From the NCBI GenBank assembly GCA_003218515.1, contig QHNT01000055.1, positions 10,644 through 74,643 on the forward strand: DNA of 64,000 bases. Reading direction: 5' to 3'. Source of the stretch: Verrucomicrobiota bacterium. GTDB lineage: Bacteria > Verrucomicrobiota > Verrucomicrobiia > Limisphaerales > AV2. The first letter of the stretch is position 1. Every line of letters starts with the position of its first letter. Positions 20,701 through 29,600 of this stretch are shown here, one piece after another. Made by a program: the position numbers and the translations under genes. A model generated the notes under the pieces. The model worked only from the letters and a program-made list of their open reading frames with translations, was not told where the DNA came from and made no database searches.

Positions 20701-22460
20701 TTGGGTTTACCCTCCTTCTTCCAGTTTTGGTTGTTCGGATAAATGATGTTCCGGATATCGACTCCCAGGCGCGACTCAAGAATATGCGAGCATCGATCAA
20801 CTTCCTGTTTGAAAATCGCCCATGTTTGATAGAGATCGTGGCCCATACCCACGTAGTGATCGCCGATGCCAGGCAATAGCAAGATCAACGGACGCCGGGC
20901 CGATTCGTCCGTCCGGCTGGAAAAGACTCGCTTCGAGCGTTCCTGGCCGAGGGCGGTGATCGCGTCCTCCCGGTCGGCACAGACCAGACACCGTCTGTGC
21001 GGAAAAGCCTTTCGTCCAATCTGCAAGGTGTAGGCCACGTCACTCATGTTCAATGAGCCGTTACGATTCAGAAACTCCCGCAACCGATGCGTGGCCTGAT
21101 CAAGCGCCGTTTCCGTCCTGGCCGACAGAATCAACAAGTGAGGAGCGGTGGCATTGGTCGATACCAGCGGTTCGGGCGCCTCCTCGAGGACGACATGGGC
21201 GTTCGTTCCGCCCATGCCCGTGGACATCACTCCTGCTCGCCTGGGGCCCTCGCTGGTCCATTCCCGCAGTCGCGTGTTTACGCAGAACGGGGTGCTCGGA
21301 AAATCGATCTCTGGATTGGGCTCGCTAAAGTGGAGACTCGGTGGAAGTTGTCGGTGCTTGAGGGCAAGGACGGTCTTTATGATGCCGGCGACTGCCGCCG
21401 CGGCGTCGAGGTGCCCGACATTGGTTTTTACCGAACCGATGGCGCAGTAGCCTGAACGCTGCGTAAAGGTGCGGAACGCTTTGGTCAAGGCTCTGATCTC
21501 AATGGGGTCCCCGACGGGCGTCCCCGAACCATGAGCCTCGAGATAGCTGATGCTGTCGGCCTCGACCCCGGCATTGGCCAGTGCCTCCACGACAGCGTCG
21601 GCCTGGCTGTTGACGCCGGGCGCGGTGTAACCGGCTTTTTCCGACCCATCGTTATTGACGGCCGAGCCCTTGATCACGGCATGAACGGTGTCGCCGTCTG
21701 AGAGTGCGTCTGCCAATCGTTTCAGCACCAGGATGCCGCCGCCGCTGCCGAAAACAGTGCCGTTTGCCCTGGCGTCAAACGCCCTGACGCGCCCGTCCGG
21801 AGAGACCACGCCGCCACCGTCAAAAAAGTAACCGGCACGATGAGGAACCCGCACTGAGATGGCCCCGGCCAGCGCCATATCCGTCTCTTCGCTCAAAAGA
21901 CTCTGGCGGGCCAGATGGACGGCGACCATGGAGGTCGAGCACGCGGTCTGAATCGTAATGCTCGGCCCCTTGAGATTCAGTTTGTAAGAAATCCGAGTAC
22001 TCAGAAAGTCTTTGTCGTTGCCGATGAGCGTGGGAATGTACTCCTCGGCCAGTCGGCTGTTCAGCCCGACGTTCGTGAAATACGTGTTCAGAGCCGCACC
22101 GGTGAACACGCCGATGCGTCCTTGATAGCGTTCCGGGTCACAGCCCGCGCTCTCGAGCGCCTCGTAAGACAGCTCCAACAAAATGCGGTGCTGTGGATCC
22201 ATGGTCCTGGCTTCCAGCGGCGAGAAACCGAAGAACCCCGCGTCAAAATGGCCAGGCTCCTCCAGGATTGGCGCCGCCTTCACATAGCTCGGATGGCTCA
22301 GGTAAGCTGCAGGCACGCCCGATTCCAGCATCTCCTGGTCTGTAAACCGGGTAATCGACTCAATGCCTTCGGCCAGGTTATGCCAGAACTCGTCGAGGTT
22401 GCGCGCGCCTGGAAAACGGCCGGACATCCCGACAATGGCGATATCGAACTCGTTGTTCAT
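17784..22460 (-). CDS. Type I PKS module KS-AT-KR-carrier protein
   Basis: KS has TACSTS, EAHGSGTPVGDP and GHLDAAAA. AT has GHSMGEYVAA and HAFHS (malonyl-type signature). KR has VYLITGGLGRIG...YASSNIY. The C-terminal carrier is FSQLGGHSLIAIRIV. Confidence 0.9.
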   Translation of the reverse strand: MNNEFDIAIVGMSGRFPGARNLDEFWHNLAEGIESITRFTDQEMLESGVPAAYLSHPSYVKAAPILEEPGHFDAGFFGFSPLEARTMDPQHRILLELSYEALESAGCDPERYQGRIGVFTGAALNTYFTNVGLNSRLAEEYIPTLIGNDKDFLSTRISYKLNLKGPSITIQTACSTSMVAVHLARQSLLSEETDMALAGAISVRVPHRAGYFFDGGGVVSPDGRVRAFDARANGTVFGSGGGILVLKRLADALSDGDTVHAVIKGSAVNNDGSEKAGYTAPGVNSQADAVVEALANAGVEADSISYLEAHGSGTPVGDPIEIRALTKAFRTFTQRSGYCAIGSVKTNVGHLDAAAAVAGIIKTVLALKHRQLPPSLHFSEPNPEIDFPSTPFCVNTRLREWTSEGPRRAGVMSTGMGGTNAHVVLEEAPEPLVSTNATAPHLLILSARTETALDQATHRLREFLNRNGSLNMSDVAYTLQIGRKAFPHRRCLVCADREDAITALGQERSKRVFSSRTDESARRPLILLLPGIGDHYVGMGHDLYQTWAIFKQEVDRCSHILESRLGVDIRNIIYPNNQNWKKEGKPKGIDLKQMLGRKTDAPVDQDAGNLNQTLFAQPALFTIEYAMSRLWQSLGVTPDAIVGHSMGEYVAACLAGVLSLENALRLIATRARLVNELPQGAMLAVTLPENKLLPLLPEDLSISLINGPCLCVVAGPVAAVAEFERMLNEKSIICRRVQNAHAFHSRMLDPIVTAFQAEVNKIQLNEPTIPYISNVSGTWITAREAVKPAYWARHANHTARFSDALHELWQFKNPILLEAGPGRTLGVLAMQHPDRQDAGDPVAVSSIRHHYENQSDVEFLWHGIGRLWLSGAGIKWENAHSGEQRRRVPLPTYPFERQQHWLEPVSLPDVGRQPQVSVQKNPDTSQWLYVPSWKRLLPMTVSSQEAALRMEKTRTWLVYANDCGFTSVLITRLKSAGQNVVTVKAGSGFRQADPRSFTIEPANSQHYDLLIRALQTNQSLPNRIVHAWSVSGIPSAQPEAGTFAQAQALGFYSLLFLAKALAAHNVGHEIKLFVLSNNVQEVCGTETLCPEKSTLLGPCMVIRQEYPNIRLKSIDVDVSEHASEHESAADLVFGEFLDSDSSLFVAYRNTQRWVQTYEPVVSGNTAQARSSLREGGVYLITGGLGRIGVAISEYLAEKYRASLVLVGRSSLPARKAWDTWIASHPADDPVSARIRTIERIEKLGGRVLYVNASVADVNAMRGAIEQAYQRFGNLHGVIHGAGVVGEDGYREIKDSNDDNCDSHFQAKAHGLLVLEDVLKGKTLDFCLLLSSLTSILGGIGQAAYASSNIYMDSFARRHKRTSPVRWLSVNWDVWRIHDQAAFGSGLGTTLKELGMSAEEATTMMETVLAVRTASQLVVSTGDLAARIKQWINLESLNPAGLADAAGPTRSPLSQRPSLPTQYDAPRDETEQQIARVWEDALGIDEIGIHDAFSQLGGHSLIAIRIVSELRKAFQIDLPVRALFDAPTIAELSKCIKEQLVAEIEALTDEEARQLVSSE

Positions 22461-22466
22461 GGGCGT

Positions 22467-24098
22467 TTATGAAGGACTCACCTGAATGACAGGTTCCGGC
22501 AAGGCCTTGCGATCCGCTTTCCCGCTCGGCGTCAACGGCATTTCATCGATTTTCTCAAAACGATTTGGGATCATGTAGTCGGGAAGGTGTTTTTTCAGGT
22601 AACGCTTCAGACCCTCAACCTCCAAGCCAGATTTGCAAACAAAGTAAGCGATAATGAGGATGATGTTCTCCGAGTACTCCTTGACCAGCGCAACGCAGTC
22701 GGTGATGCCCGGGTACTCCCTGATCGTGTTTTCGATCTCGCCCAGTTCGATCCGCAATCCCCGAATCTTTACCTGGTGATCCTCCCGGCCTAGATACTCG
22801 AGATTCCCGTCGGTCAGCCAGCGGGCGACGTCGCCGGTTCGATAAATCCTTTCACCGGGGTTGACAGGGTTGTCGGTGAACTTTTCATCGGTCAGGGCCG
22901 CGTTATTCAGGTAACCTCTGGCCAGACCGATCCCGGCAATGCACAATTCTCCGGGCTCACCGATCGCCACCTGCCGGCCGTCTCTGATGACGTAAAGCCT
23001 GGTGTTATGGATCGGTCGCCCGATTGGAATGTTGTCGAAATCATTTTGCGCGGGGCAATCGAAATAACTGACGTCCACCGTCGCCTCGGTGGGGCCGTAG
23101 AGGTTGGTCAGCCGGGCTCCGGTCTTGCTACCCCAAATGTCATTGAACTTTCTGACATGACTGGCAGTCAGCGCTTCACCGCTCGCAAATACCCGCCGAA
23201 CCGAAGCCAGGCTTCTCAGTCCGCAAGCAGACTTGCCATCCAAATACTCCAGAAACACGTTCAGCATGGATGGCACGAAGTGCATGACGCTGACGTGCTG
23301 TTTCTTGACGGTCTCAACAATGACCAAGGGATTCCTTTCTCCGCCTGGCATCAAGAAGCAGAGTTTGGCGCTCTGCAGTGCCCACCAGAAAAGCTCCCAC
23401 ACCGAGACATCAAAGTAGTAGGGCGTTTTTTGTAGCACGACGTCGTTTTCATCGATCGGGTAGGCTTGCTGCATCCAATGCAAGCGGTTGACCAGAGAGC
23501 GGTGCTCGATCATCACTCCCTTGGGTTTGCCGGTCGATCCGGAGGTATAGATCACGTACGCCAGATCGCGCGGCTTGTTGAGGATGGCGGGGTTCGCTGT
23601 TGAGCCACGGTAAGTGTCCAGATCGTCAAGATTGATGATCAGCCCTCCAAAACCGATCCGGCCGGCTGTCTTATTCTGCACCAACAGTATTTTGACTCCG
23701 CCATCCTTCAGCATGTAGTCGCTGCGCTCCGGCGGATTGTCCGGTGATACAGGCAGATAAGCCCCTCCGGCTTTTACGATCCCCAGGATGCCGATGATCA
23801 TGGCAAAGGATCGTTCCACCATCAACGCAACGATGTGTCCGGGCCGAACGCCCTCAGCCCTCAATAAGTGCGCCAGTTGATTGACCTTGTCATTGAGCTG
23901 CGCGTAAGTCAGGGATGGCACGCCGAAAACTTTGTCGTGGTCACAAAGGACGGCCGTTCCGAACAAATGTTTCTCGATCTGTGCCTCGATTAATTCTTGA
24001 AGAGTGACGTTATCCGGAAACGCCGCCTCCGTGCGGTTGAATTGAACGATCCTCGCCAGATCGGCTTCCGCAGCGGCGGGTGGAGGGTGAGCGGCCAT
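22467..24098 (-). CDS. Stand-alone NRPS-type adenylation enzyme, Ser-type specificity code
   Basis: YTSGSTGKPKG, NLYGPTEA, GELCIAG and YRTGD motifs, with no carrier domain. Specificity residues read by eye are D-V-W-H-F-S-L-V-D, the same as the EntF Ser code as I recall it. Confidence 0.85.
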   Translation of the reverse strand: MAAHPPPAAAEADLARIVQFNRTEAAFPDNVTLQELIEAQIEKHLFGTAVLCDHDKVFGVPSLTYAQLNDKVNQLAHLLRAEGVRPGHIVALMVERSFAMIIGILGIVKAGGAYLPVSPDNPPERSDYMLKDGGVKILLVQNKTAGRIGFGGLIINLDDLDTYRGSTANPAILNKPRDLAYVIYTSGSTGKPKGVMIEHRSLVNRLHWMQQAYPIDENDVVLQKTPYYFDVSVWELFWWALQSAKLCFLMPGGERNPLVIVETVKKQHVSVMHFVPSMLNVFLEYLDGKSACGLRSLASVRRVFASGEALTASHVRKFNDIWGSKTGARLTNLYGPTEATVDVSYFDCPAQNDFDNIPIGRPIHNTRLYVIRDGRQVAIGEPGELCIAGIGLARGYLNNAALTDEKFTDNPVNPGERIYRTGDVARWLTDGNLEYLGREDHQVKIRGLRIELGEIENTIREYPGITDCVALVKEYSENIILIIAYFVCKSGLEVEGLKRYLKKHLPDYMIPNRFEKIDEMPLTPSGKADRKALPEPVIQVSPS

Positions 24099-24118
24099 AT
24101 GAAATCAACCGGCTCCAG

Positions 24119-25288
24119 TCACTTGCCGAACCTGCCAGCTTGATCGACAAATATCTTCCCCAGAATGTCCTCATGGATCTGGGTGGTGCCTTCAATGATC
24201 TCCATAATCTTGGCATCACGGTAATACCGGGAAACCGGTGATGATCCGTGGCAGCCCGAGGCCCCCTTGATCTGAACGGCGTCAGACGCGGCTCTCACGG
24301 CGGCTCTCGACGTAAAATATTTAGCCATCAAGGTCTTTTCAAAGGCTTCCGGAAGATGACTGTCTTCCGCGCGGCAGGCGTTGTGGCATAAGAGACTCCC
24401 GGCCTCCAGATCGGTACCCATTCTGGCGATCAGTGATCGGACCATCCCCAGGTCTCCCACGGTTTTGTCACCAATCTTTCGTGTGCCCGCGTAGGCGATG
24501 CTTTCTTCAAAACATCCTCTCAGAAGCCCCAAGGCCGAGCAGGCCGTGCTGATTCTTCCATAGTGCAAACCCACCTGTGCGACGTGGGACAGGGCGAAAC
24601 CAGGTTTGCCAACGAGGTTGGCTGATGGCACTTCCACATCGTGAAAGTGAAGCTCGGCCAGACCGGCCGCACGGAACCCCATCAAATCGGAAATGGCTTC
24701 AATGTGAAGACCGGGAGTTTCTCTGGGCACCAAACACGCCGCCGAACGTTGGCCGAGTGTCCCAAACACCAGAAACACCGCGGCGAATTGGGCGCAGCTT
24801 ATCCATTTCTTGTGACCGTTCAGAAGAAGACAGTCACCTTTGGAATTCGGAGTGAATTCGGTGGTCAGGGATTGAAGGGCGCTACCAGCGCCCGGCTCCG
24901 TCAGCGCAAAGGCCCCGATCATCTCCCCCTTGGCCAGTGGAGGCAGCCATTTCCGCTTTTGCTCCGTCGTGCCCCATTTGAGCAGCGCCATGGAAACCAT
25001 GGCTTGGACCGTCACCACATCGGTCAAAGCGGACGATCCTCTCCCCAGGGCTTCATTGAGCAAATCAAACGTGACCGTGTCCCATCCTTGTCCAGCGTAC
25101 TCTCGTGGCAGGCTACAGCCCAGGTAACCGCGCTTTGCCAACTTGTCTATGACGGATTCAGGAAGTCTTTGCTCCCGATCCCACTGTTCGGCAAACGGTT
25201 CAACATCGAGCCTCACGAAGGACTTGAATTCTTCGTGCCGGCCCTTTTGCGCCCCAGTCAGCAGCTGTTGTCCCCCGCTCTTATCCAT
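24119..25288 (-). CDS. Acyl-CoA dehydrogenase-family enzyme (FkbI/ZmaI-like candidate acting on acyl-ACP)
   Basis: ATG at 25288 overlaps the ACP stop by 8 nt. ACAD fold sequence throughout (...GAFALTEPGAGS..., C-terminal ...YRDAKIMEIIEGTTQIHEDILGK). Confidence 0.8.
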   Translation of the reverse strand: MDKSGGQQLLTGAQKGRHEEFKSFVRLDVEPFAEQWDREQRLPESVIDKLAKRGYLGCSLPREYAGQGWDTVTFDLLNEALGRGSSALTDVVTVQAMVSMALLKWGTTEQKRKWLPPLAKGEMIGAFALTEPGAGSALQSLTTEFTPNSKGDCLLLNGHKKWISCAQFAAVFLVFGTLGQRSAACLVPRETPGLHIEAISDLMGFRAAGLAELHFHDVEVPSANLVGKPGFALSHVAQVGLHYGRISTACSALGLLRGCFEESIAYAGTRKIGDKTVGDLGMVRSLIARMGTDLEAGSLLCHNACRAEDSHLPEAFEKTLMAKYFTSRAAVRAASDAVQIKGASGCHGSSPVSRYYRDAKIMEIIEGTTQIHEDILGKIFVDQAGRFGK

Positions 25289-25544
25289 TCGGGTGCCCGT
25301 TCTTTTGCAGGACAAAAGCCGTCATCGCGTTCAGCGACTTGAAATTCTCGATGTCCAAATCGTCCGTTCCCACCTCGATGGCAAAGGTCTTTTCGATGAA
25401 CGTCATCAGTTGAACGGCAAACAGGGAATTGACGATTCCCGATTCAAACAGGTTGTCGTCGTCATCCAATTTCGCGATACTGATCGAGCTCGATATGAAA
25501 CGCTTGACGGTTTCTTTGATTCCTTTTTCGTCTGTAGTAGTCAT
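25281..25544 (-). CDS. Stand-alone acyl carrier protein
   Basis: 87 aa. ...DDDNLFESGIVNSLFAVQLMTFIE... has a phosphopantetheine Ser context (xNSL). Confidence 0.75.
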   Translation of the reverse strand: MTTTDEKGIKETVKRFISSSISIAKLDDDDNLFESGIVNSLFAVQLMTFIEKTFAIEVGTDDLDIENFKSLNAMTAFVLQKNGHPNG

Positions 25545-25783
25545 AGACTTTTCTGAATGATACCAACACCTTCGATTAGATGGTATGATCTACTTGGTTG
25601 GCGCTACTTTGATCAGTGCGAAATCCGCGTGAATCTTTGAGTCTCTTTGGAAAACCACCCTCGCAGGTCTCACGATCAGATGGCTTGTTGAGTGTTGAAA
25701 GGCAACCGCACATCGTTGCAAGCGCGGCTGCTGCCACGAACCTTGTGATGAACCTGGCGCCAATGATCCAGCGGAATCGGTAT

Positions 25784-26554
25784 CTAATGCGCGGAGCGCG
25801 CGGAGGATGAGGTTCGCGCATTTCGCGGCTTGCGCGTCACGCCGAGGTGGCCGACACGAGTGGGCCGAAGGTCGTGCTTCACGCAGAAGTCGTCCCAGGC
25901 GCCGTGGAGGTGCGTATCGTCGCTCATGAGCAGGCCCCCATGCTTAAGCCTGGGAAAGGCCTGCTCGAACTCGAACGACATATTTTCATAGGAATGATCG
26001 CTGTCGTGTAAAAAGATGTCCACGTGACCGAGGGTCCGCAGGAGGTCGGGCAAGAGCTTCCGCGAATCGCCAATCTGCAACTTCCAACGGAACCGCAGGG
26101 AATCAGGCACAATCCAACCGGACGCGCGCCCGTCCGGGAGCACTGAGCCCTGTTGGACGTTGGGCAGGTCAATCGAGTGCAGCGTGCCCGTGCCGTTCGC
26201 GGCAAGCGCCCGCAAAATGTGGGCCGACGAGAGGCCACTGGCAACCCCCGTTTCGACGATCACACCGGGTTTAATCGCGCGCACGACGGCATAGACCTCG
26301 GCCGTCTCGGGAAAGATGTAGGGGACATCGACAAGGCAGCGCTTGAGGTGCCCTTGAAACTCAGCGTCGTCGCGGAGCTCACGTCGGTAACGCATGACTT
26401 CGGCGTAGGGCAGACCCGCATGGTGTGCCAGGAGCACCCAACGGCGCAGGAGGTTCCACGCACCGCGCGGGTTAACGAAGGCGCGCCCAAAGTCATGAGC
26501 GAGCGACCACGCCGGGAACGATTGCTTCATTTGCTGAACATTGCTTAGTCTCAT
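25784..26554 (-). CDS. Class I SAM-dependent methyltransferase (O-methyltransferase-like)
   Basis: 256 aa. ...VIVETGVASGLSSAHILRAL... is a SAM-binding glycine-rich loop. ...DIFLHDSDHSYENM...HGGLLMSDD is typical of Methyltransf_24-like enzymes. Confidence 0.65.
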   Translation of the reverse strand: MRLSNVQQMKQSFPAWSLAHDFGRAFVNPRGAWNLLRRWVLLAHHAGLPYAEVMRYRRELRDDAEFQGHLKRCLVDVPYIFPETAEVYAVVRAIKPGVIVETGVASGLSSAHILRALAANGTGTLHSIDLPNVQQGSVLPDGRASGWIVPDSLRFRWKLQIGDSRKLLPDLLRTLGHVDIFLHDSDHSYENMSFEFEQAFPRLKHGGLLMSDDTHLHGAWDDFCVKHDLRPTRVGHLGVTRKPRNARTSSSARSAH

Positions 26555-26643
26555 TTCTTTTGCTCCTCTCGGATACAGTCAACTGCCTCGGCCCACGTCG
26601 CCTCGGCCGCTGACTTCATAGCTCTCACCTCGCGCGTTAAATC

Positions 26644-29600
26644 CTACGAAGCTTGTCGCCTCATTGTCTTATATCGCCTTTGCTGACCCCGCTGGGCGGC
26701 CCCCGCAGTTGTGGTCCCGACGCGGGCAACTCCAGACGTCGAATTCAATTTGGCGGCGAGAAGTGCCACCGTCGGGCACTCGAACAGACTGACAATTGAC
26801 AGATTCTGTTTCAGCTCCTTTTTGATCATGGCAATCACCTGGACGGCTCTGAGCGACGTTCCGCCCGCCTCAAAAAAGTTATCATTCATCCCGATTCGCG
26901 GCCTGCCCAAAACCTTTCTCCATATGTTAATGAGCGCGGCTTGCAGCGTGTTGCCCGGTGCGACGTCCGTCCGGGCATGGAGAGGTTGCTTCCCGAGCCG
27001 GTATTCCTCAATGGCCGTTGCAATCCGGTCGATATCGTACAGGTCCTCCCCAATCCGCTGCAGGCGCTCGGATCGGTCAGCGACGCCGAATCCCCATGCC
27101 GGGCGTGGCGCGAGTTTTTCCGGGTTGACGGTTGCCTGCATCTCGTGCCCGACCGGCGCCGTCGCGTCCGGATTGTATTCCACGCCTGCCAGGCATTCTG
27201 CTGGAAAGGTCCAGGACGTGCCGGCCTCGTTCCGATGCTGATCGCCGAGGTGGGTGAGGAACTCCAGTGCCGGCCGATTCTTTTCCGTCGGCAGATACCT
27301 GAGTTCTACAAATCTTTTTCCTTCCTTGACCGCCCGCCGGCCGAGTCGGGACACCACCGCGTGTTCCACTCCCCGGCCCAATACCCGGCAGCTCAGCAAC
27401 AAGGTGTCCACCTTGTAACGGTCAGCCTCCGTCCCATACATCACGACCCCGACGAGCCCATAATCCCCAAATCGATCCACCACGCGAACCACCAGACAAT
27501 GGGCGCCTTCACTCATCAGGAAGCGTTTGATGTCATTTTCCGAGCGCCGGATGGTGGTGAAGTTGAATTGATTTGTTCTGAACGTCAGTTGCGAGACACG
27601 GCCGAGTTGATTTTCAGTCGCTTCAGCAATCTCGACGCTGAGTTGCAGTCCTTTGACAAAATCCTTCAAGGAGAACGAACGCTCACGGAACTGCTGCCTT
27701 TCCGTGTTTTCCCGATACATCCTGGTGCGGTTTTGATCCTCCTGGGTCGCACCCGTGTGATCGAACGCCCAAATATGATTCAGGAACGCAGGGAACAATT
27801 CGGCGTTCCGCGGCAATTGCAGCGCCAAAACGCCGGGGCAGTTGATCCTGACATCCGCGCAATCAACCGGGTTGTCATCCATGAAAAAGAAACTGTCCAG
27901 CCCAAGATTGAGCTCGTTCGCGAGCGATTTGATGTTTCCCGACTTGCTGTTCCAATTGATGCGCCACGAAACCAGGTGCTCGCGTTTCAGGAGCATATCG
28001 GTTCGTTGATCAAAGACGTCCTGCGCATCCTTTTCATTGTTCTTGCTGCACAGACAGAGCAGCATACCGGCGTGCAATTGACCGATCATGAATTCCTGCA
28101 ACGCGCGGTAAGGCGCAGTCAGTTCAATTCCCCAGGGACCATCCTCACCGCAAACCCCTTTCCAAAGCGTGTTGTCGCAGTCCAACACGATCACTTTGAA
28201 TGGGCTCCCTTTCAGGTTGAAGAGGGTTCGGACGAGCGCGGTCCCGATCGCGGCGTAACACTCCGGTGTGTACGGGATATGACCCGCATGATGACTATGT
28301 GGATCGTAATAGTCGTTGACCGGATAGCGCTGCAACAGCGCCGCCGAACTGATGGTGTGAACATTCGCTATTCTGGCCGCTTCTGATAACAAGGACTCCT
28401 CGGCATCGCTCAATGCCGCCTTCAGTTCCGCATCGGCTTCCGCGGCCGGGGTGCTTGGACAGAAACACAGGACCAGAGGTACCGCAGCCTGATTCATGAG
28501 CGAGCGCAGCGCCGCGCAGAACTCCCCGACGGTTCGTTGCAAACTGGCAACGCTCTGGCCCGTTTGACGCGTTCCATTGAGGCAGTCCCCTCTCCCTTTC
28601 TCCCTGTCCCCATTAGATGGGGAGAGGGATGGGGTGAGGGGTTTGCTGCCGGCCTCGCCCCGGGTTGCGTAAAGATTAAACAATCCGGAATGCTCGAGCA
28701 GTTTTTCGTGTTCGACGGCGCAACGGTACCCCCGCTCGCTCAGCAACTTTTCAATCCGCTTGACCGCCTCGCCAGTGCGGTCGTGAATTTCGATCACGAT
28801 CTGATCGATTTTCGGCCAGTCGCGGTCGTCGATGCCCTGAATGATGTCCAGCTCGCTTTTCTCCGCATCAATCTTGAGGAGATCGATTTTGTCGATCTGA
28901 TTGTCCTGGATAATGTCCGACACCGAGGTCAAGCGGCACTCGTGGGTCCTGCGGCGGAGCCTGTCGGCGGTGAGTTCATTGACGTATTCCTCCACGGATT
29001 CTCCTGCGACCGATTCGTTGTTCAGCATGTTCCGCACGACCGTTTGAATGGCCTCGCGATCCTCGTTTTCATCCGAATGAAAACCGGAGAAGACCGAGGA
29101 TTTTTCATAAAAGGTAAACGTCGCGGTCCGGGGCTTGTCCGACACGCCGGCGTTCAAGGCCCGGACATTCGATCCGTAGGCATCGCAGTTTGCCTTCAAC
29201 AGGTCATACACAACCGGAGCCGGTTCGAAGGCGAAAATGTTTGGGTTGGCACAGCGGCTCATCACGAACAGCGAAAAGAGCCCGATGTTCGCCCCGATAT
29301 CCACCACGGTCGCCCCGTCCCGCAGGCGGATGCCATGCCTCAAATAGCATTCATCCTCAAAAACCTCCTTGTAAACATAGTCCGTCTCATACCGGTTCAA
29401 ATGAACAATTTCCAGGCCATTCGGCAGGACGTATCTCGGACGATCGCCGAAGCATGGCTTTAACCTTTCCTGGTTGAGCGTCAGGACGGCAGACCGATGC
29501 TCTCCGGCCCATTCCTCCAACCTCAAGAGGACAACGTTGACCCCGTCGCGGTTCTTGCGAAACGCACTGCCCGCGTCCAGCAACTGCTGAAAGATCTGGT

